Shown one piece after another: positions 28,328 through 38,492 of a stretch of DNA of 52,242 nt. Source of the stretch: Polyangia bacterium. Lineage in GTDB: Bacteria > Myxococcota_A > Polyangia > JAAYKL01. Every line of letters begins with the position of its first letter. The first letter of the stretch is position 1. A program made the translations under genes and the position numbers. The notes under the pieces were generated by a model that made no database searches, was not told where the DNA came from, and saw only the letters and a list, made by a program, of their open reading frames with translations. Where the stretch lies: assembly GCA_050287845.1 (NCBI GenBank), contig JBNKCR010000009.1:1-52242 (forward strand), read 5' to 3'.

Positions 28328-29224
28328 TCATACTCCGGCAATACGCTGAAAGTGCAGGGTCAGGGTGGCGAGGGCGACGGGGGTGATTTGCGTTGGGTGC
28401 GATTTGACAAACTGTTCCACCGATGGGGCGTTGTCGTCAATCGCACAAAAGCGGTCGTGCTCATTGTCGATGTCGGTAGACTCACGCGATGGCGATGTCG
28501 CACGGGAGACAATATCCGCGGATGACATTGCCACATGGGCTTCGAAGATCATTTCCGGCTGTAAAATGGCTCGGTCCCGTACCAGGCCTATGCTGTGCAA
28601 CCGGGTCACATCGGATTTCGCAATGCCCAATTCTTCGTTCAGCTCCCGCTGGATAACGTCGAACAGAAACACGTTTTCATTGGAATCCACATCCCGCAAA
28701 TCCGCCATGCCCCCCAGGGTGTGCCAGTACCCGGAGTACTGGAAGGTGCCCTTTCCCCGCTGACCCAGCAGTATTTTTTGGTCTTTGCACACGACGAGCG
28801 CAGACAACCCGAGAGGATTGGACCACTGGGTGCTGTCATCCAGAAACGAATGCCGCTCAATGTTCAGATTGGTCCCCACAAACTGGCTGTATTTCGTTTT
28901 GCTCATCTGCAGTTCGAGGCAATCGCGTCCGTTCAGTTCGTTGCAGCGATACGCATCCAGCCGCAGCATCTCCCCGTCAAAGAGCGTCCGCCCGTCTTTT
29001 CGGGTTAACGCCAGCTGTTGTTGCCATTGCGCATCAATGAGAGGCTGCAACCGGGGAGCCATCGCCAGCATCCGGTTCCGGAACTGAACACTTACCGCTG
29101 AAGAATCGAAGTGCCCCTTCAACAGCAACTGATATGCGTCCGTCTTCCAACGGAGTGCGCCGTCCGGGCGACAGTCAGAATCGCTCCCGCTGCCCGCTGA
29201 ATAATTTGAGAAGTCACTGTTCAT
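28328..29224 (-). CDS. NUDIX hydrolase (NUDT22-like)
   Basis: LFDGEMLRL; T.Y..FVGTN; NPLGLSA; G.WH..GG; RELNEELGI Nudix box; QPE; EH. Confidence 0.8.
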   Translation of the reverse strand: MNSDFSNYSAGSGSDSDCRPDGALRWKTDAYQLLLKGHFDSSAVSVQFRNRMLAMAPRLQPLIDAQWQQQLALTRKDGRTLFDGEMLRLDAYRCNELNGRDCLELQMSKTKYSQFVGTNLNIERHSFLDDSTQWSNPLGLSALVVCKDQKILLGQRGKGTFQYSGYWHTLGGMADLRDVDSNENVFLFDVIQRELNEELGIAKSDVTRLHSIGLVRDRAILQPEMIFEAHVAMSSADIVSRATSPSRESTDIDNEHDRFCAIDDNAPSVEQFVKSHPTQITPVALATLTLHFQRIAGV

Positions 29225-29283
29225 TTGATTTATTCCAAAGCACCCAGGCGTTCACTCTGAATACCTTCTCCGTGAACGCAGAA

Positions 29284-30843
29284 TCAGGTGATGAAGAGTT
29301 TTAATGTTCTGGCGGCATCCCGGGTGTCAAAGGGTTCGTCGATCAACTCTTTGCGCAGGCTGATTGAATCGAACATTTTTTCCAGAAACACGTAGAATGC
29401 AGCGCACTCTTCCACGACTGTCCCCAGACGCTGAACTTCCAGGACGTCGCCATCCCGCAAGCGGTCCACCTGGGCCATGAATTTGTCAAACCGCTCGTAA
29501 TCGCTGTAGCGCAACAACTGATATCCCATGGAACGGAAGTATTCCACGAAAGTTTTCACAAAGCGGAAGGTGTCGAGCCCCGCCCATTTGTCTCGCACGG
29601 TTTCAGTACCCCGGGTTTTGGCCACAAATGCCTTGAGAATCTGTCTGAACATCCAGATGTCCCGCTGCAGCCGTCTGGAACGGGTGACATCTGATGTGAA
29701 GTCTTCGAACAGATCATCCCCCTGAATACCCACATTGAATTCTCTGACCAGCAACACTGTGGCGTTCTGCAGAAAGCCCTGAAGAGAATTGCACGCCGTG
29801 CGCACGTTTTCCAGAATGGCTTCGTCATTTTCGAAGGTTTCAAACGACGGGAGCTGCTGGGTAAAGGTTTTACGAAGTTCCAAATCGAGCTGGTTCCCCG
29901 TGGATTCCAATAGTTCGCGAAGGGATTTCAATTCCTGAAACTGAAGGCTCAAGTCGTCGTATCGATCCGTCAGTTCCGCAGACCCCAGCGACTCGTACTC
30001 TGCGCCAAAATCCGCGGATAACCAATGGGCGGTGTCGTTGGCCAGAAAGAGCGCAAACTGACTGCCATCCGAATGAATGAGGCACAGCATCGCAAACAGC
30101 GCTCCGAGAGATTCATGGTCCCCCCAGCGCCCGGCAACATCGAGATAATTCAACAGACGGAACATCGCCAGCAGGGAGATGGCGGTAATGCGATGGGCCG
30201 CCAGATGGTCTATGCTCTTCAGGGTGACCAGCACCTGATGACGTAAAATGGCGTCATACTGAGACCGGAATTCAAACAGCGTCAGCGTGTTGAAATACCT
30301 TGAGCGCATCACTTCCTTGTACAGCACGGTATGAATGGCCACAAACTCCCGGTGGGTAATGGATTCACCCAACAGCGACCGCTCCAGAAGCTCCCGGACA
30401 ATATGCAGGGTGCCCACAACCAGAAAGAGCCCCTGTTCCGGTGTTTCCTGTAACAGGGTATGTTCAAGGTGCTCCGTGCGCAATCCGTCGTCCGCAGCGG
30501 ATCCGGAGAACACGTCGAGGGTGTAGCCCATGGGGGTCGCGTGATGATTCAGCGCCTCGCCCACGTCAACTAAATCGATGACCACCTGCAACAGCATTTT
30601 TGCTTCAAAGGTATGATCTCTTTCAAAGGCGATGCGACTTTCGGTGCTGCCCGGATAATTGCGGGCGTTTCCCAGGGCGACGGCACTTTTGAGCAGCATT
30701 TCAAATCGAAACAGCAGCGCGCTTTTATCTTCAACTTCCAGCCTTTCAAACCATTCTTCCCGGCTACGGGCGGCATTCTCGCTCATCCACCTGGAATGAT
30801 GCAGATACTCTTCGTAAAAATTTCTGTTGGCCATTGTGTTCAA
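29284..30843 (-). CDS. Hypothetical helical protein translationally coupled to ruvB
   Basis: 519-aa ORF; TTG start overlaps the ruvB stop (alternative ATG at 30834); no family recognised. Confidence 0.8.
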   Translation of the reverse strand: MNTMANRNFYEEYLHHSRWMSENAARSREEWFERLEVEDKSALLFRFEMLLKSAVALGNARNYPGSTESRIAFERDHTFEAKMLLQVVIDLVDVGEALNHHATPMGYTLDVFSGSAADDGLRTEHLEHTLLQETPEQGLFLVVGTLHIVRELLERSLLGESITHREFVAIHTVLYKEVMRSRYFNTLTLFEFRSQYDAILRHQVLVTLKSIDHLAAHRITAISLLAMFRLLNYLDVAGRWGDHESLGALFAMLCLIHSDGSQFALFLANDTAHWLSADFGAEYESLGSAELTDRYDDLSLQFQELKSLRELLESTGNQLDLELRKTFTQQLPSFETFENDEAILENVRTACNSLQGFLQNATVLLVREFNVGIQGDDLFEDFTSDVTRSRRLQRDIWMFRQILKAFVAKTRGTETVRDKWAGLDTFRFVKTFVEYFRSMGYQLLRYSDYERFDKFMAQVDRLRDGDVLEVQRLGTVVEECAAFYVFLEKMFDSISLRKELIDEPFDTRDAARTLKLFIT

Positions 30844-31874
30844 AACAGTCCCCGCTGTTCTCCCTGCCGGGGACGCACTCCCAGATGTTCATATGCCAGA
30901 CGCGTGGCGATGCGTCCCCTGGGCGTTCGCTGCAGAAATCCATTCTGCATGAGAAACGGTTCATACACATCTTCAATCGTGTCTCGCGGCTCAGAGACAG
31001 CTGCGGCGATGGTTTCAATGCCCACCGGTCCACCGTCGAATTTTTCAATGATGGTAAGCAGAATTTGCCTGTCCATCTGATCAAATCCCGCATTGTCCAC
31101 TTCGAGTCGCTCCAGGGCAAAACAGGCGATGTCCCGATTGATGACGCCGTCGCCTTCGACTTCCGCAAAATCGCGCACCCGACGAAGCAGCCGGTTGGCA
31201 ATACGGGGAGTGCCTCTGGAGCGGCGGGCGATTTCCAATGCCCCTTCCTCGTCCACCGGAATATTCATCAGGCCGGCGGAACGGGTAACAATCCGCTCTA
31301 AATCCGATGCCGGATAATATTCCAATCGCATATTGACGCCGAATCTGGAAAGCAGCGGCGAGGTGAGTAATCCGGTGCGGGTGGTGGCGCCCACCAGGGT
31401 GAACGGACTGAGGGGCAATTTATACGACGACGCATGTGGCCCTTCACCCGCGATGATATCAATTTCGAAATCTTCGATGGCAGGATACAGATTTTCTTCG
31501 ACAATGGGATTGAGGCGATGAATTTCATCGATGAACAGCACATCCCTGGGTTCCAGTCTCGAAAGCAGCGCCGCCAGCGCACCTTTGTGTTCGATGGCGG
31601 GACCGGAGGTGGCGTGAATGGTCACATTCATTTCTTCGGCGATAATATTGGCCAGCGTGGTTTTGCCAAGGCCCGGCGGCCCGCAGAACAGCACGTGATC
31701 CAACGGTTCCCCCCGTCGACGGGCGGCCTCAATGAAGACTCGCAGATTGTCGACGTGTTTTTGCTGACCCACATATTCCTGAAGGGATGATGGCCGGAGG
31801 GCAACATCGAAACCTTTTTCATCCGAAGAGGCACCCGCATCCACCAGTCTGCTATTTTCCACAAATTCGTTCAT
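30840..31874 (-). CDS. ruvB: Holliday junction branch migration helicase RuvB
   Basis: [69 protein letters not shown]. Confidence 0.99.
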   Translation of the reverse strand: MNEFVENSRLVDAGASSDEKGFDVALRPSSLQEYVGQQKHVDNLRVFIEAARRRGEPLDHVLFCGPPGLGKTTLANIIAEEMNVTIHATSGPAIEHKGALAALLSRLEPRDVLFIDEIHRLNPIVEENLYPAIEDFEIDIIAGEGPHASSYKLPLSPFTLVGATTRTGLLTSPLLSRFGVNMRLEYYPASDLERIVTRSAGLMNIPVDEEGALEIARRSRGTPRIANRLLRRVRDFAEVEGDGVINRDIACFALERLEVDNAGFDQMDRQILLTIIEKFDGGPVGIETIAAAVSEPRDTIEDVYEPFLMQNGFLQRTPRGRIATRLAYEHLGVRPRQGEQRGLF

Positions 31875-31886
31875 CCGGATTCCTGT

Positions 31887-32480
31887 TTATTTTCCGCGCA
31901 ACAGCGCCAGCGACTTTCGAAGCAGCTGTTCAAAAGTGGCATCGTCGGGGCTTTCGTCCTTGACTTCGTTCAATACTTTCTGAACCGCCGGCGCTTTGAA
32001 TCCCAGGTTTTTAAGTGCGGAATCCAGTTCCAAAAATACCCCGGACAATCCGCTCTGGGCCCCGTCAGCATCTTTGCCGAAATCGAGTTTTCCCCCCAGC
32101 TCCAGAATCATCCGCTCCGCGGTTTTCTTTCCGATGCCGGGGATGGCACTGAGCCGTTTGCTGTCCGCCGTCTGCACTGCGGTGATGAGCTCCGGTCCGT
32201 TCAGCGCCCCGATGACCGCCAGCGCCACTTTGGGACCCACCCCGCTGATCTTCAGCAATGTGCGAAACGCCGTCCGATCCTGTTTGGTTTCAAATCCGAA
32301 CAGACGCAACTCCTCTTCGCGGACATGGGTGTATATCCACAATGAAATGGTTTCGTTCAATGGAGGAAGGGTGGCCAATGTGCTCAAAGGCAATGAAACA
32401 GCGTATCCAACGCCGTTCACATCAATAACCGCACCATCCGATTCCTTATCTGCAATTTTACCTGTCAATCGACCGATCAT
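31887..32480 (-). CDS. ruvA: Holliday junction DNA-binding protein RuvA
   Basis: MIGRLTG; DVNGVGY; THVREE..LFGF; SGVGPK.AL; IPGIGKKTAER; AL..LGF. Confidence 0.98.
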   Translation of the reverse strand: MIGRLTGKIADKESDGAVIDVNGVGYAVSLPLSTLATLPPLNETISLWIYTHVREEELRLFGFETKQDRTAFRTLLKISGVGPKVALAVIGALNGPELITAVQTADSKRLSAIPGIGKKTAERMILELGGKLDFGKDADGAQSGLSGVFLELDSALKNLGFKAPAVQKVLNEVKDESPDDATFEQLLRKSLALLRGK

Positions 32481-32598
32481 GGGGCGAAATCATACCGGTT
32501 GTCCGATGACAGCACAAGGTATCTGTTCAGAAACCGCACGGCACAGGCGCGCCGGCAGATCCGAGCGTCTGGAATTCAGCGCATCTGAACAGATGGAT

Positions 32599-33120
32599 TC
32601 AGTCTTCCGGCGACTTCTCCTGCTCCGCGCAATTGTTATCTCCGGTGGTTCCCCGCCACGAACGATAGCGACTGTGCACCCCGCGGGTCAATGTGGCGCT
32701 GTATGTTTCGAGCAATTCGATGCCATGCAGGATGACAATCACCAGTACCGACAGTTTTATGGCCGTAAATGGGGTGGCAATGGCAATGACCACGCCAATG
32801 GCCGCGAGCATCCAGATGGTCGCAGCCGAGGTGACCCCGATGACCACACCGTCCCTGGAGAGCATCACTCCCGCGCCGAGGAAGCCTACGCCGGTCACCA
32901 CCTGACCGATAATGCGGGAAGGGTCGGACTCGTCAGACATCACCGCCATGGCCGCCGCGGTGAATACATATGTGCCCAGGGTAATCAGGGAGGAGGTGCG
33001 GATGCCCACCGGTTTACCGCGCAGTTGACGCTCCACTCCGATAATGATGCCGCAGAGCAATGCGACCCCGACCGCCTCCCACTTGAATGGTTCAATACTC
33101 AACAGTTCCGAAATATTCAT
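32599..33120 (-). CDS. MgtC/SapB family membrane protein
   Basis: GIIIGVERQ..GKPVGIRT; DPSRIIGQVVTGVGFLGAG; GVTSAATIW..AAIG. Confidence 0.95.
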   Translation of the reverse strand: MNISELLSIEPFKWEAVGVALLCGIIIGVERQLRGKPVGIRTSSLITLGTYVFTAAAMAVMSDESDPSRIIGQVVTGVGFLGAGVMLSRDGVVIGVTSAATIWMLAAIGVVIAIATPFTAIKLSVLVIVILHGIELLETYSATLTRGVHSRYRSWRGTTGDNNCAEQEKSPED

Positions 33121-33142
33121 TTCACCTTCTCCTTCACATGCC

Positions 33143-33943
33143 TCAGCCCCGTCGTCGGATGGTTTTCAGACTGGCCGTCACTCCCGGTATGGTGGACAGG
33201 TAAGCCTGTCGGTACGCGCTCAACCGGTTCGGATACAGAACGCCACTCCATTCATTCATGTAGGTTTTTTTCAGCTCCACAGAGAGCACGCAGACACTGG
33301 TTGGAAAATGATTGTGAATCCACTGGCTCATCCATCCCGCACCGAACTTCACATTTTCCCGAACGTCGAGTTTTCGCCCCTGTGCGTCGTATCGCCTTAA
33401 ATCCGCGATGAACCGGTTCACCAGCTCCGACCAGTACCGACGATTCATGGTGTCTGTACCCACTTCAATTTCCGGATTCTTTTTCGGGTCATCGAACGGG
33501 CAGTCCGGTCCCCGTCGCTGATGGTTGTAGCTGTGAAAATCGAGCACCGCGACTTTGCCGTGTCGGCGCACCATATCTTCCAGCACCTCCTTGAGCATCT
33601 GATAGAACGAATCGTACTGGGAGAGGGAACGGCGAAAAATAGTCTCGTCCACCGATGGTGCCCAGACGCGAATGCCCCATGCATCTTCCGGCGCATGATA
33701 GATGGCATTCTGGCGTTCGCGATTCATGTCCATCTCAAACCGGGAACGATGTACCACCAGCCGATTGTCCGCCACCCGGGTCAGTTCACCGGTGTACGGA
33801 TCTTCCTCCCGCAGTCTGGTCTGGCTGTCCACCACCATGTTCCCGGCAACCTCGGGCCGAACGTGGTGCCCGTGATGAATGGCGGTAGCCAGAATGGGAC
33901 TGTGTCCCCGGGTAAGAGACCAGACGGTTTTCGATTCGTTCAT
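33143..33943 (-). CDS. N-formylglutamate amidohydrolase family protein
   Basis: ATAIH.GH; RLREEDPYT; SRFEMD.NR; DFHSYN; ENVKF..G; VELKK.YMNEW.G. Confidence 0.9.
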   Translation of the reverse strand: MNESKTVWSLTRGHSPILATAIHHGHHVRPEVAGNMVVDSQTRLREEDPYTGELTRVADNRLVVHRSRFEMDMNRERQNAIYHAPEDAWGIRVWAPSVDETIFRRSLSQYDSFYQMLKEVLEDMVRRHGKVAVLDFHSYNHQRRGPDCPFDDPKKNPEIEVGTDTMNRRYWSELVNRFIADLRRYDAQGRKLDVRENVKFGAGWMSQWIHNHFPTSVCVLSVELKKTYMNEWSGVLYPNRLSAYRQAYLSTIPGVTASLKTIRRRG

Positions 33944-35185
33944 TTATGTGCGCATGCCCGTCAATGCCTCCCCTGCTGCGAGGGAATGACAGAGTTGCTG
34001 TGCCAGTGCTTTCAGCGATGCAGCCGTCACCTCCCCGGTGACCCGGCGCATCCGGGTGGCGAGAGTGCCATTGTCAATAATCCATTCGGCGGCCTGTCGT
34101 TCCGCACCATAGAAATCATCGCACCGCGCCAGAATCTCCCGCCAGAGCCGCAGTCCGGAGAAGGGTTCCCGTTTTCCCGCCAGCAGATGCAGATACTCGC
34201 TGTCCCGGATGAAAAAATGCTCTCCGTGCGTCATCGCCCGATTCAGAATCCGGCGAAGGTTCTGGGTGGAAACGGCATTCATGGCCGCCAAATCGTCTTC
34301 CGCCTGCTCTACCAGCAACCGCACCGCCGCCGCCACAGCACCCATCACGCCGGCATCCATTCCCGGATGCTCCTGCACATCTATGAGTCGAATCTCAATG
34401 GCATCCCGGTCAAACCGCGCAATGGCACCTCGGGCATTGCTCCATTCATATTGCAGAACGCCTTCGGGTTCCCGCTGCTTCAACGCCCTGTACAGCGGTG
34501 CGAGGATAACATCGTGGTATTGTTCCCGACTTTCCACCGGTTCGGGGATGATGTCCCCAATGGCTTCCGGCAACCGGTTGCAATGCTGGCTGTACACCTG
34601 AAGTCTCGCATCACTGAATCCACTCTCTTTTCCGTCGAGAAATGGGGAGGCTGCCGCCAGCGCGGGAATAATGGGCAGTACCAGGCGAATGGCGGCATGG
34701 AGCCTCGCAAATTCCGCATCGTTGGCAAACGGCAGGTTCAGGTGGGCCGACTGAAGATTGAACCACCCGTGCCCCTGGCAACCGAATGTTCTGTCCAGTG
34801 CCTCATAAATGGGCGCATCCTCCAGCGCCCACAACGCCGTGTCCCGATCCGGATTCATCCAGGGATGCACGGCGCTGCCCATCAGACATCCATTCTTTAC
34901 CGACAGCAGGTCGTTGATCTGCCGGACATTCTCCACAAACGGATATCGCAGCGACGCCATATCCGCCACCGGCCCGGCCCCTTTGAGTTCAATGACATGC
35001 ATGGCCAGTTCATTGGACCACCACAGTGCACCCCGATCCACTTCCCGCGCCCCCATCGGCCCCACCTGGGAAAGCAGCCAGTCCGCAATGGGCATCACAT
35101 CAAATGTTTCCCGGTTCACAATCATGTATTCCAGTTCCATGCCGTAGGCGTCAAAAAGATGCAGTTTTCCGTTTTCAAGGTTCAT
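33944..35185 (-). CDS. Glutamate-cysteine ligase family 2 (GCS2) carboxylate-amine ligase
   Basis: GMELEYMIV; SNEL..HVIELK; HPWMNP; HGW.NLQS.HLNLPF; ASPF.DG; N.RGAIARFDR.AIEIRLID.QE. Confidence 0.92.
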   Translation of the reverse strand: MNLENGKLHLFDAYGMELEYMIVNRETFDVMPIADWLLSQVGPMGAREVDRGALWWSNELAMHVIELKGAGPVADMASLRYPFVENVRQINDLLSVKNGCLMGSAVHPWMNPDRDTALWALEDAPIYEALDRTFGCQGHGWFNLQSAHLNLPFANDAEFARLHAAIRLVLPIIPALAAASPFLDGKESGFSDARLQVYSQHCNRLPEAIGDIIPEPVESREQYHDVILAPLYRALKQREPEGVLQYEWSNARGAIARFDRDAIEIRLIDVQEHPGMDAGVMGAVAAAVRLLVEQAEDDLAAMNAVSTQNLRRILNRAMTHGEHFFIRDSEYLHLLAGKREPFSGLRLWREILARCDDFYGAERQAAEWIIDNGTLATRMRRVTGEVTAASLKALAQQLCHSLAAGEALTGMRT

Positions 35186-36657
35186 TTCGGCTCCCTCGTG
35201 ACCATCTTCTTCTGTTCAATCCGTTGCAGAAAGACGGTCATGATATGCTGATAGAGATTGTCCTGAAGCAATGCATCTTCAAGTCCCGCATCGATATTCG
35301 GATTATCATTCACTTCAATCACATAAAATCGATTCTCCACCTGTTTGATGTCCACCCCATACAGACCGCGACCAATGGGCGCTGCGGCGCGCAGGGCAAT
35401 CCGCAACACTTCATCCGGCGCCTCCTGGGGATGCAGGGTATCGGCGTCACCTTCCTGCTTACCCCCTTTATGGTCCCGCTTGACTATCTGCCAATGATCT
35501 TTGGCCATGTAATAGCGGCACACAAAGATGACCTTCCCGTCCAGAATGCCCACCCGCCAGTCGAAATCCGTGGGCAGATATTCCTGGGCAATGATCAGCT
35601 CTGACTTTTCGAGCATTTCGGTGGCTACGGTCACCAGGTCTGAAGCGGTTTCAATTTTTTTAACCCCCATTGAAAAGGCGCTGTCCGGCTGTTTGAGCAC
35701 GCAGGGCAACCCCAGCGAGTGATGAATCAAATCCACATTGTCCCTGTGCACAATCATGGTTCTGGGAGTGGCGATTCGCTGATGGTCGAGCAGCTCCGCC
35801 AGAAACACCTTGTTGGCGCACCGGATGATGGACTGGGGATCGTCGATGACCACCAGCCCGTCCGCTTCGGCATAGCGGGCAAACCGGAAGGTATGGTTGT
35901 TCACGTTGGTGGTTTCCCGGATAAACAGCGCATCAAACTCCGAAAGCCGACCAAAGTCCTCCCGGGTAATCAGCTGCACATCCAAATCCAGCTTCTGGCC
36001 TGCGCGAATGAACTTCCTCAGCGCGGCGGGATTGGATGGGGAGTCCCTGGCGTCGGGATTGTGCAGAATGGCAATGGAATATCGAAAACTCTGCAGCTTT
36101 TTCTGCCGATATCCGGCTCTGGCAAAATAGTTGCTGGCCGCCTCTTCCACAAAGTCGTGATGACTTTGGGGGATTTCGTTGATGCTGATGGGGCTGATGT
36201 TCTGCAGCGTCCATTCCTCTCTGTTCCGAACGAATACCGCCCGCAGAAAATGGGCGTGAAACCGGGTGAAGAGTTCGCGGCACAGGCGTTCGTAGCGTTT
36301 CGCCAGATTGCGACCAAAATAGATACTCAGTTCAAACCGATCTGATTTGATACCCGCCAGTGACTTCTGGACCACCTCGTGGATGGCGGCATCCGTCATT
36401 TTCACCATGGCCGGCGTATGCAGGTCCCGCAATGTGGTGATGTTGGGCACCGGTCGATGCCCCCGTGCCTCGGCCAGCAACGAAACATAATATCCCTGGC
36501 TCTGATACCGGCAGGGATACATCAGATTGAACACCCGTACGCCGGACAGTCTGGAAAAAACCGGCTCGGTGAGGTACTTCCTGGCAGAGACCACTTCGCA
36601 ATCCGGGATTTGCAGCGGCCACTTCTTCGCATTGGCGACAACCAGAAGGATTTTCAT
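35182..36657 (-). CDS. RimK-like ATP-grasp ligase with N-terminal RLAN domain
   Basis: RLAN: VFNL...RYQSQGYYVSLLAEARGH.P.P. ATP-grasp: LFIRETT, VIDDP.SIIRC.NK, VLKQPD.AFS.GV.K, QEYLPTDFDWRVG, YGVDIK, IEVNDNPNID. Confidence 0.95.
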   Translation of the reverse strand: MKILLVVANAKKWPLQIPDCEVVSARKYLTEPVFSRLSGVRVFNLMYPCRYQSQGYYVSLLAEARGHRPVPNITTLRDLHTPAMVKMTDAAIHEVVQKSLAGIKSDRFELSIYFGRNLAKRYERLCRELFTRFHAHFLRAVFVRNREEWTLQNISPISINEIPQSHHDFVEEAASNYFARAGYRQKKLQSFRYSIAILHNPDARDSPSNPAALRKFIRAGQKLDLDVQLITREDFGRLSEFDALFIRETTNVNNHTFRFARYAEADGLVVIDDPQSIIRCANKVFLAELLDHQRIATPRTMIVHRDNVDLIHHSLGLPCVLKQPDSAFSMGVKKIETASDLVTVATEMLEKSELIIAQEYLPTDFDWRVGILDGKVIFVCRYYMAKDHWQIVKRDHKGGKQEGDADTLHPQEAPDEVLRIALRAAAPIGRGLYGVDIKQVENRFYVIEVNDNPNIDAGLEDALLQDNLYQHIMTVFLQRIEQKKMVTREPK

Positions 36658-37373
36658 GTGAGAGAAACCTTTCGTTTTGCGCGCGGCTCAATAATCACAA
36701 AATTGGCATCGTACGTCATGACGCCCAGCAACATGGCGCCCAGAACCCGATCGATTGGCGCATCGTAAGCGCGCTCGGCGTAGGGGTTTTCATCGTAGGG
36801 GTCCAGAATATGAATGGTTTTTTTTTCCTGATCATATCCGGAAAGCACCACAAAATGGCCATCCACCTCTCCGTGAATGTCATCATCCTGCTGGGTCACC
36901 TGATGGGACCGTTTGGCGCGGTACAGAAACGTGGAATTCAGACCGGTCAGAATCGGGCGCTCTGATTTTAAAAATCGTCGCAGCAACTTCCGGCCCGGAT
37001 CTTCAAATTCAATGACGCCGCCGGCCCCAAGAAATTTGAGATAGGCGTCAATGGCATTTTTCTGCCTGGATGTACCGGTGGCTCTGCGCCGCAAACTCAG
37101 CTTCTCCGGAATATCCACCCCGGGAAGAAACCAGGTGGGATCGAACACCATGAGGTTGTAGGTGAAAATGGTGGCGCGGTATCCCCGCTGGAGCGCATGA
37201 TTGGCGAGCATCACTCCGAGGGTACCGCCCCCTTCCAGGGAAGGCACTTCGGCAATGACCTGCGAAAGCGAAATGGGGTCGCCGAAATACCGGTACACCG
37301 CATGCAGACAGGTGGGCCCGCAGGTGGTGCTGTCGGGTTGCGGCAGCATTTCGAGTCTCAGTTGTTTTTTCAT
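36654..37373 (-). CDS. Papain-like cysteine peptidase (C39-like), standalone
   Basis: QPD.TTCGPTCL (catalytic Cys), GHFVVLSGYD (His), ILDP (Asp); ATGA overlap with the RLAN gene. Confidence 0.88.
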   Translation of the reverse strand: MKKQLRLEMLPQPDSTTCGPTCLHAVYRYFGDPISLSQVIAEVPSLEGGGTLGVMLANHALQRGYRATIFTYNLMVFDPTWFLPGVDIPEKLSLRRRATGTSRQKNAIDAYLKFLGAGGVIEFEDPGRKLLRRFLKSERPILTGLNSTFLYRAKRSHQVTQQDDDIHGEVDGHFVVLSGYDQEKKTIHILDPYDENPYAERAYDAPIDRVLGAMLLGVMTYDANFVIIEPRAKRKVSLT

Positions 37374-37385
37374 CTTTTTCCCCTG

Positions 37386-38345
37386 TTACCGTCCGATTAT
37401 CAATGCCATATATATGCCAAAAAGCGTCAGCAGGAGAAGCGATTCCCGTCGACTCACAACCATGCCAGTTCGGATGATGGGCAGCAGCAACAGCGAGAAC
37501 GCCACCATCCACAAATTGTCCCTCGAAATGATTTCATCCGGAACAGGAACCGGGGTCACCGCGGCGGTTACACCACCGATGGCCAGCACGTTGAAAATAT
37601 TGGAGCCGATAATATTCCCCACCGCAATATCATCCCGTTTGCGCCATGACGCTACCACGCTGGTGATTAACTCGGGCATCGAAGTGCCCGCGGCCACGAT
37701 GGTCAGGCCAATAACAGTCTCGGATACTCCGAAATTCCGGGCAACGGCTGTGGCACCAAGGACCAGAATATGGGCCCCGAGAGCCAGAAGTCCAATACCG
37801 AGGAACACTGCGACAATGTGAATCACCATTCTTGTCCCGGGTGTTTTTCCAAAGGGAATCGTCGTTAAATCCCCTGTGCCATGCAGTGCCTCCGGGGTCG
37901 CATTCACTCTGGAAACCCAGATGCTGTACGACACGAACGCCACCATTCCGAAGATAAAAAAACCGCCCTCCACCCGGTCGAGAAGCCCATCCCGGGTCAG
38001 CAGGAAAAAGAGTGCTGCTGACAGCATCATTGCCGGCCACTGCAACCGCACCGCGTCCCCTTCCACCCGCAGGGGGGAAATCAGCGCGGCAATGCCCACA
38101 ATCGCAGCAATATTGAAAATGTTGGAGCCCACAATATTGCCCACCGCCAACCCGGACTGTCCCTGAACAGCGGATTGAATGGACACCACCATCTCCGGCA
38201 TGGACGTGCCCGCAGCCACAACGGTCAACCCCACCACAGCAGGAGAAATGCTGAGTTGCAGCGCAATGCCGCAGGCGCCACGAACCAGGACGTCACCCCC
38301 AAGAAGAAGCAGCGCGAGACCACCGACAATCATTATCCAATCCAT
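37386..38345 (-). CDS. Calcium/sodium antiporter, CaCA family (YrbG-like)
   Basis: Two alpha-repeats GLTVVAAGTSMPE...GNIVGSNIFN and GLTIVAAGTSMPE...GNIIGSNIFN. Confidence 0.96.
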   Translation of the reverse strand: MDWIMIVGGLALLLLGGDVLVRGACGIALQLSISPAVVGLTVVAAGTSMPEMVVSIQSAVQGQSGLAVGNIVGSNIFNIAAIVGIAALISPLRVEGDAVRLQWPAMMLSAALFFLLTRDGLLDRVEGGFFIFGMVAFVSYSIWVSRVNATPEALHGTGDLTTIPFGKTPGTRMVIHIVAVFLGIGLLALGAHILVLGATAVARNFGVSETVIGLTIVAAGTSMPELITSVVASWRKRDDIAVGNIIGSNIFNVLAIGGVTAAVTPVPVPDEIISRDNLWMVAFSLLLLPIIRTGMVVSRRESLLLLTLFGIYMALIIGR

Positions 38346-38380
38346 CAGAAACAGACGTCCTTTCCGTCCTTGACGCCGAC

Positions 38381-38396
38381 TGCCATATTCATGCCA
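38381..38396 (-). promoter_or_regulatory. Putative sigma-54 -24/-12 promoter for the antiporter-peptidase-ligase operon
   Basis: TGGCATGAATATGGCA (GG-N10-GC), 36 nt upstream of the start codon. Confidence 0.6.
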
Positions 38397-38492
38397 CCAT
38401 CGCCCTGCGGCAAGCAGGGCATGAGAACGGGGATTCTGTCAAAAGGTGTAGCATGTTGACCCACCGTGGCATAATGACACAGAAATTTCGAC

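Noticed and set aside
31996..33411. 471-aa plus-strand ORF
   Set aside because: Overlaps ruvA, MgtC and the amidohydrolase on the opposite strand; no recognisable domain.
33143..33943. Calling the amidohydrolase hutG (histidine utilisation)
   Set aside because: No hut genes in the window; it is coupled to amide ligases instead.
33521..35251. 576-aa plus-strand ORF
   Set aside because: Antisense shadow of the GCS2 and amidohydrolase genes; no motifs of its own.
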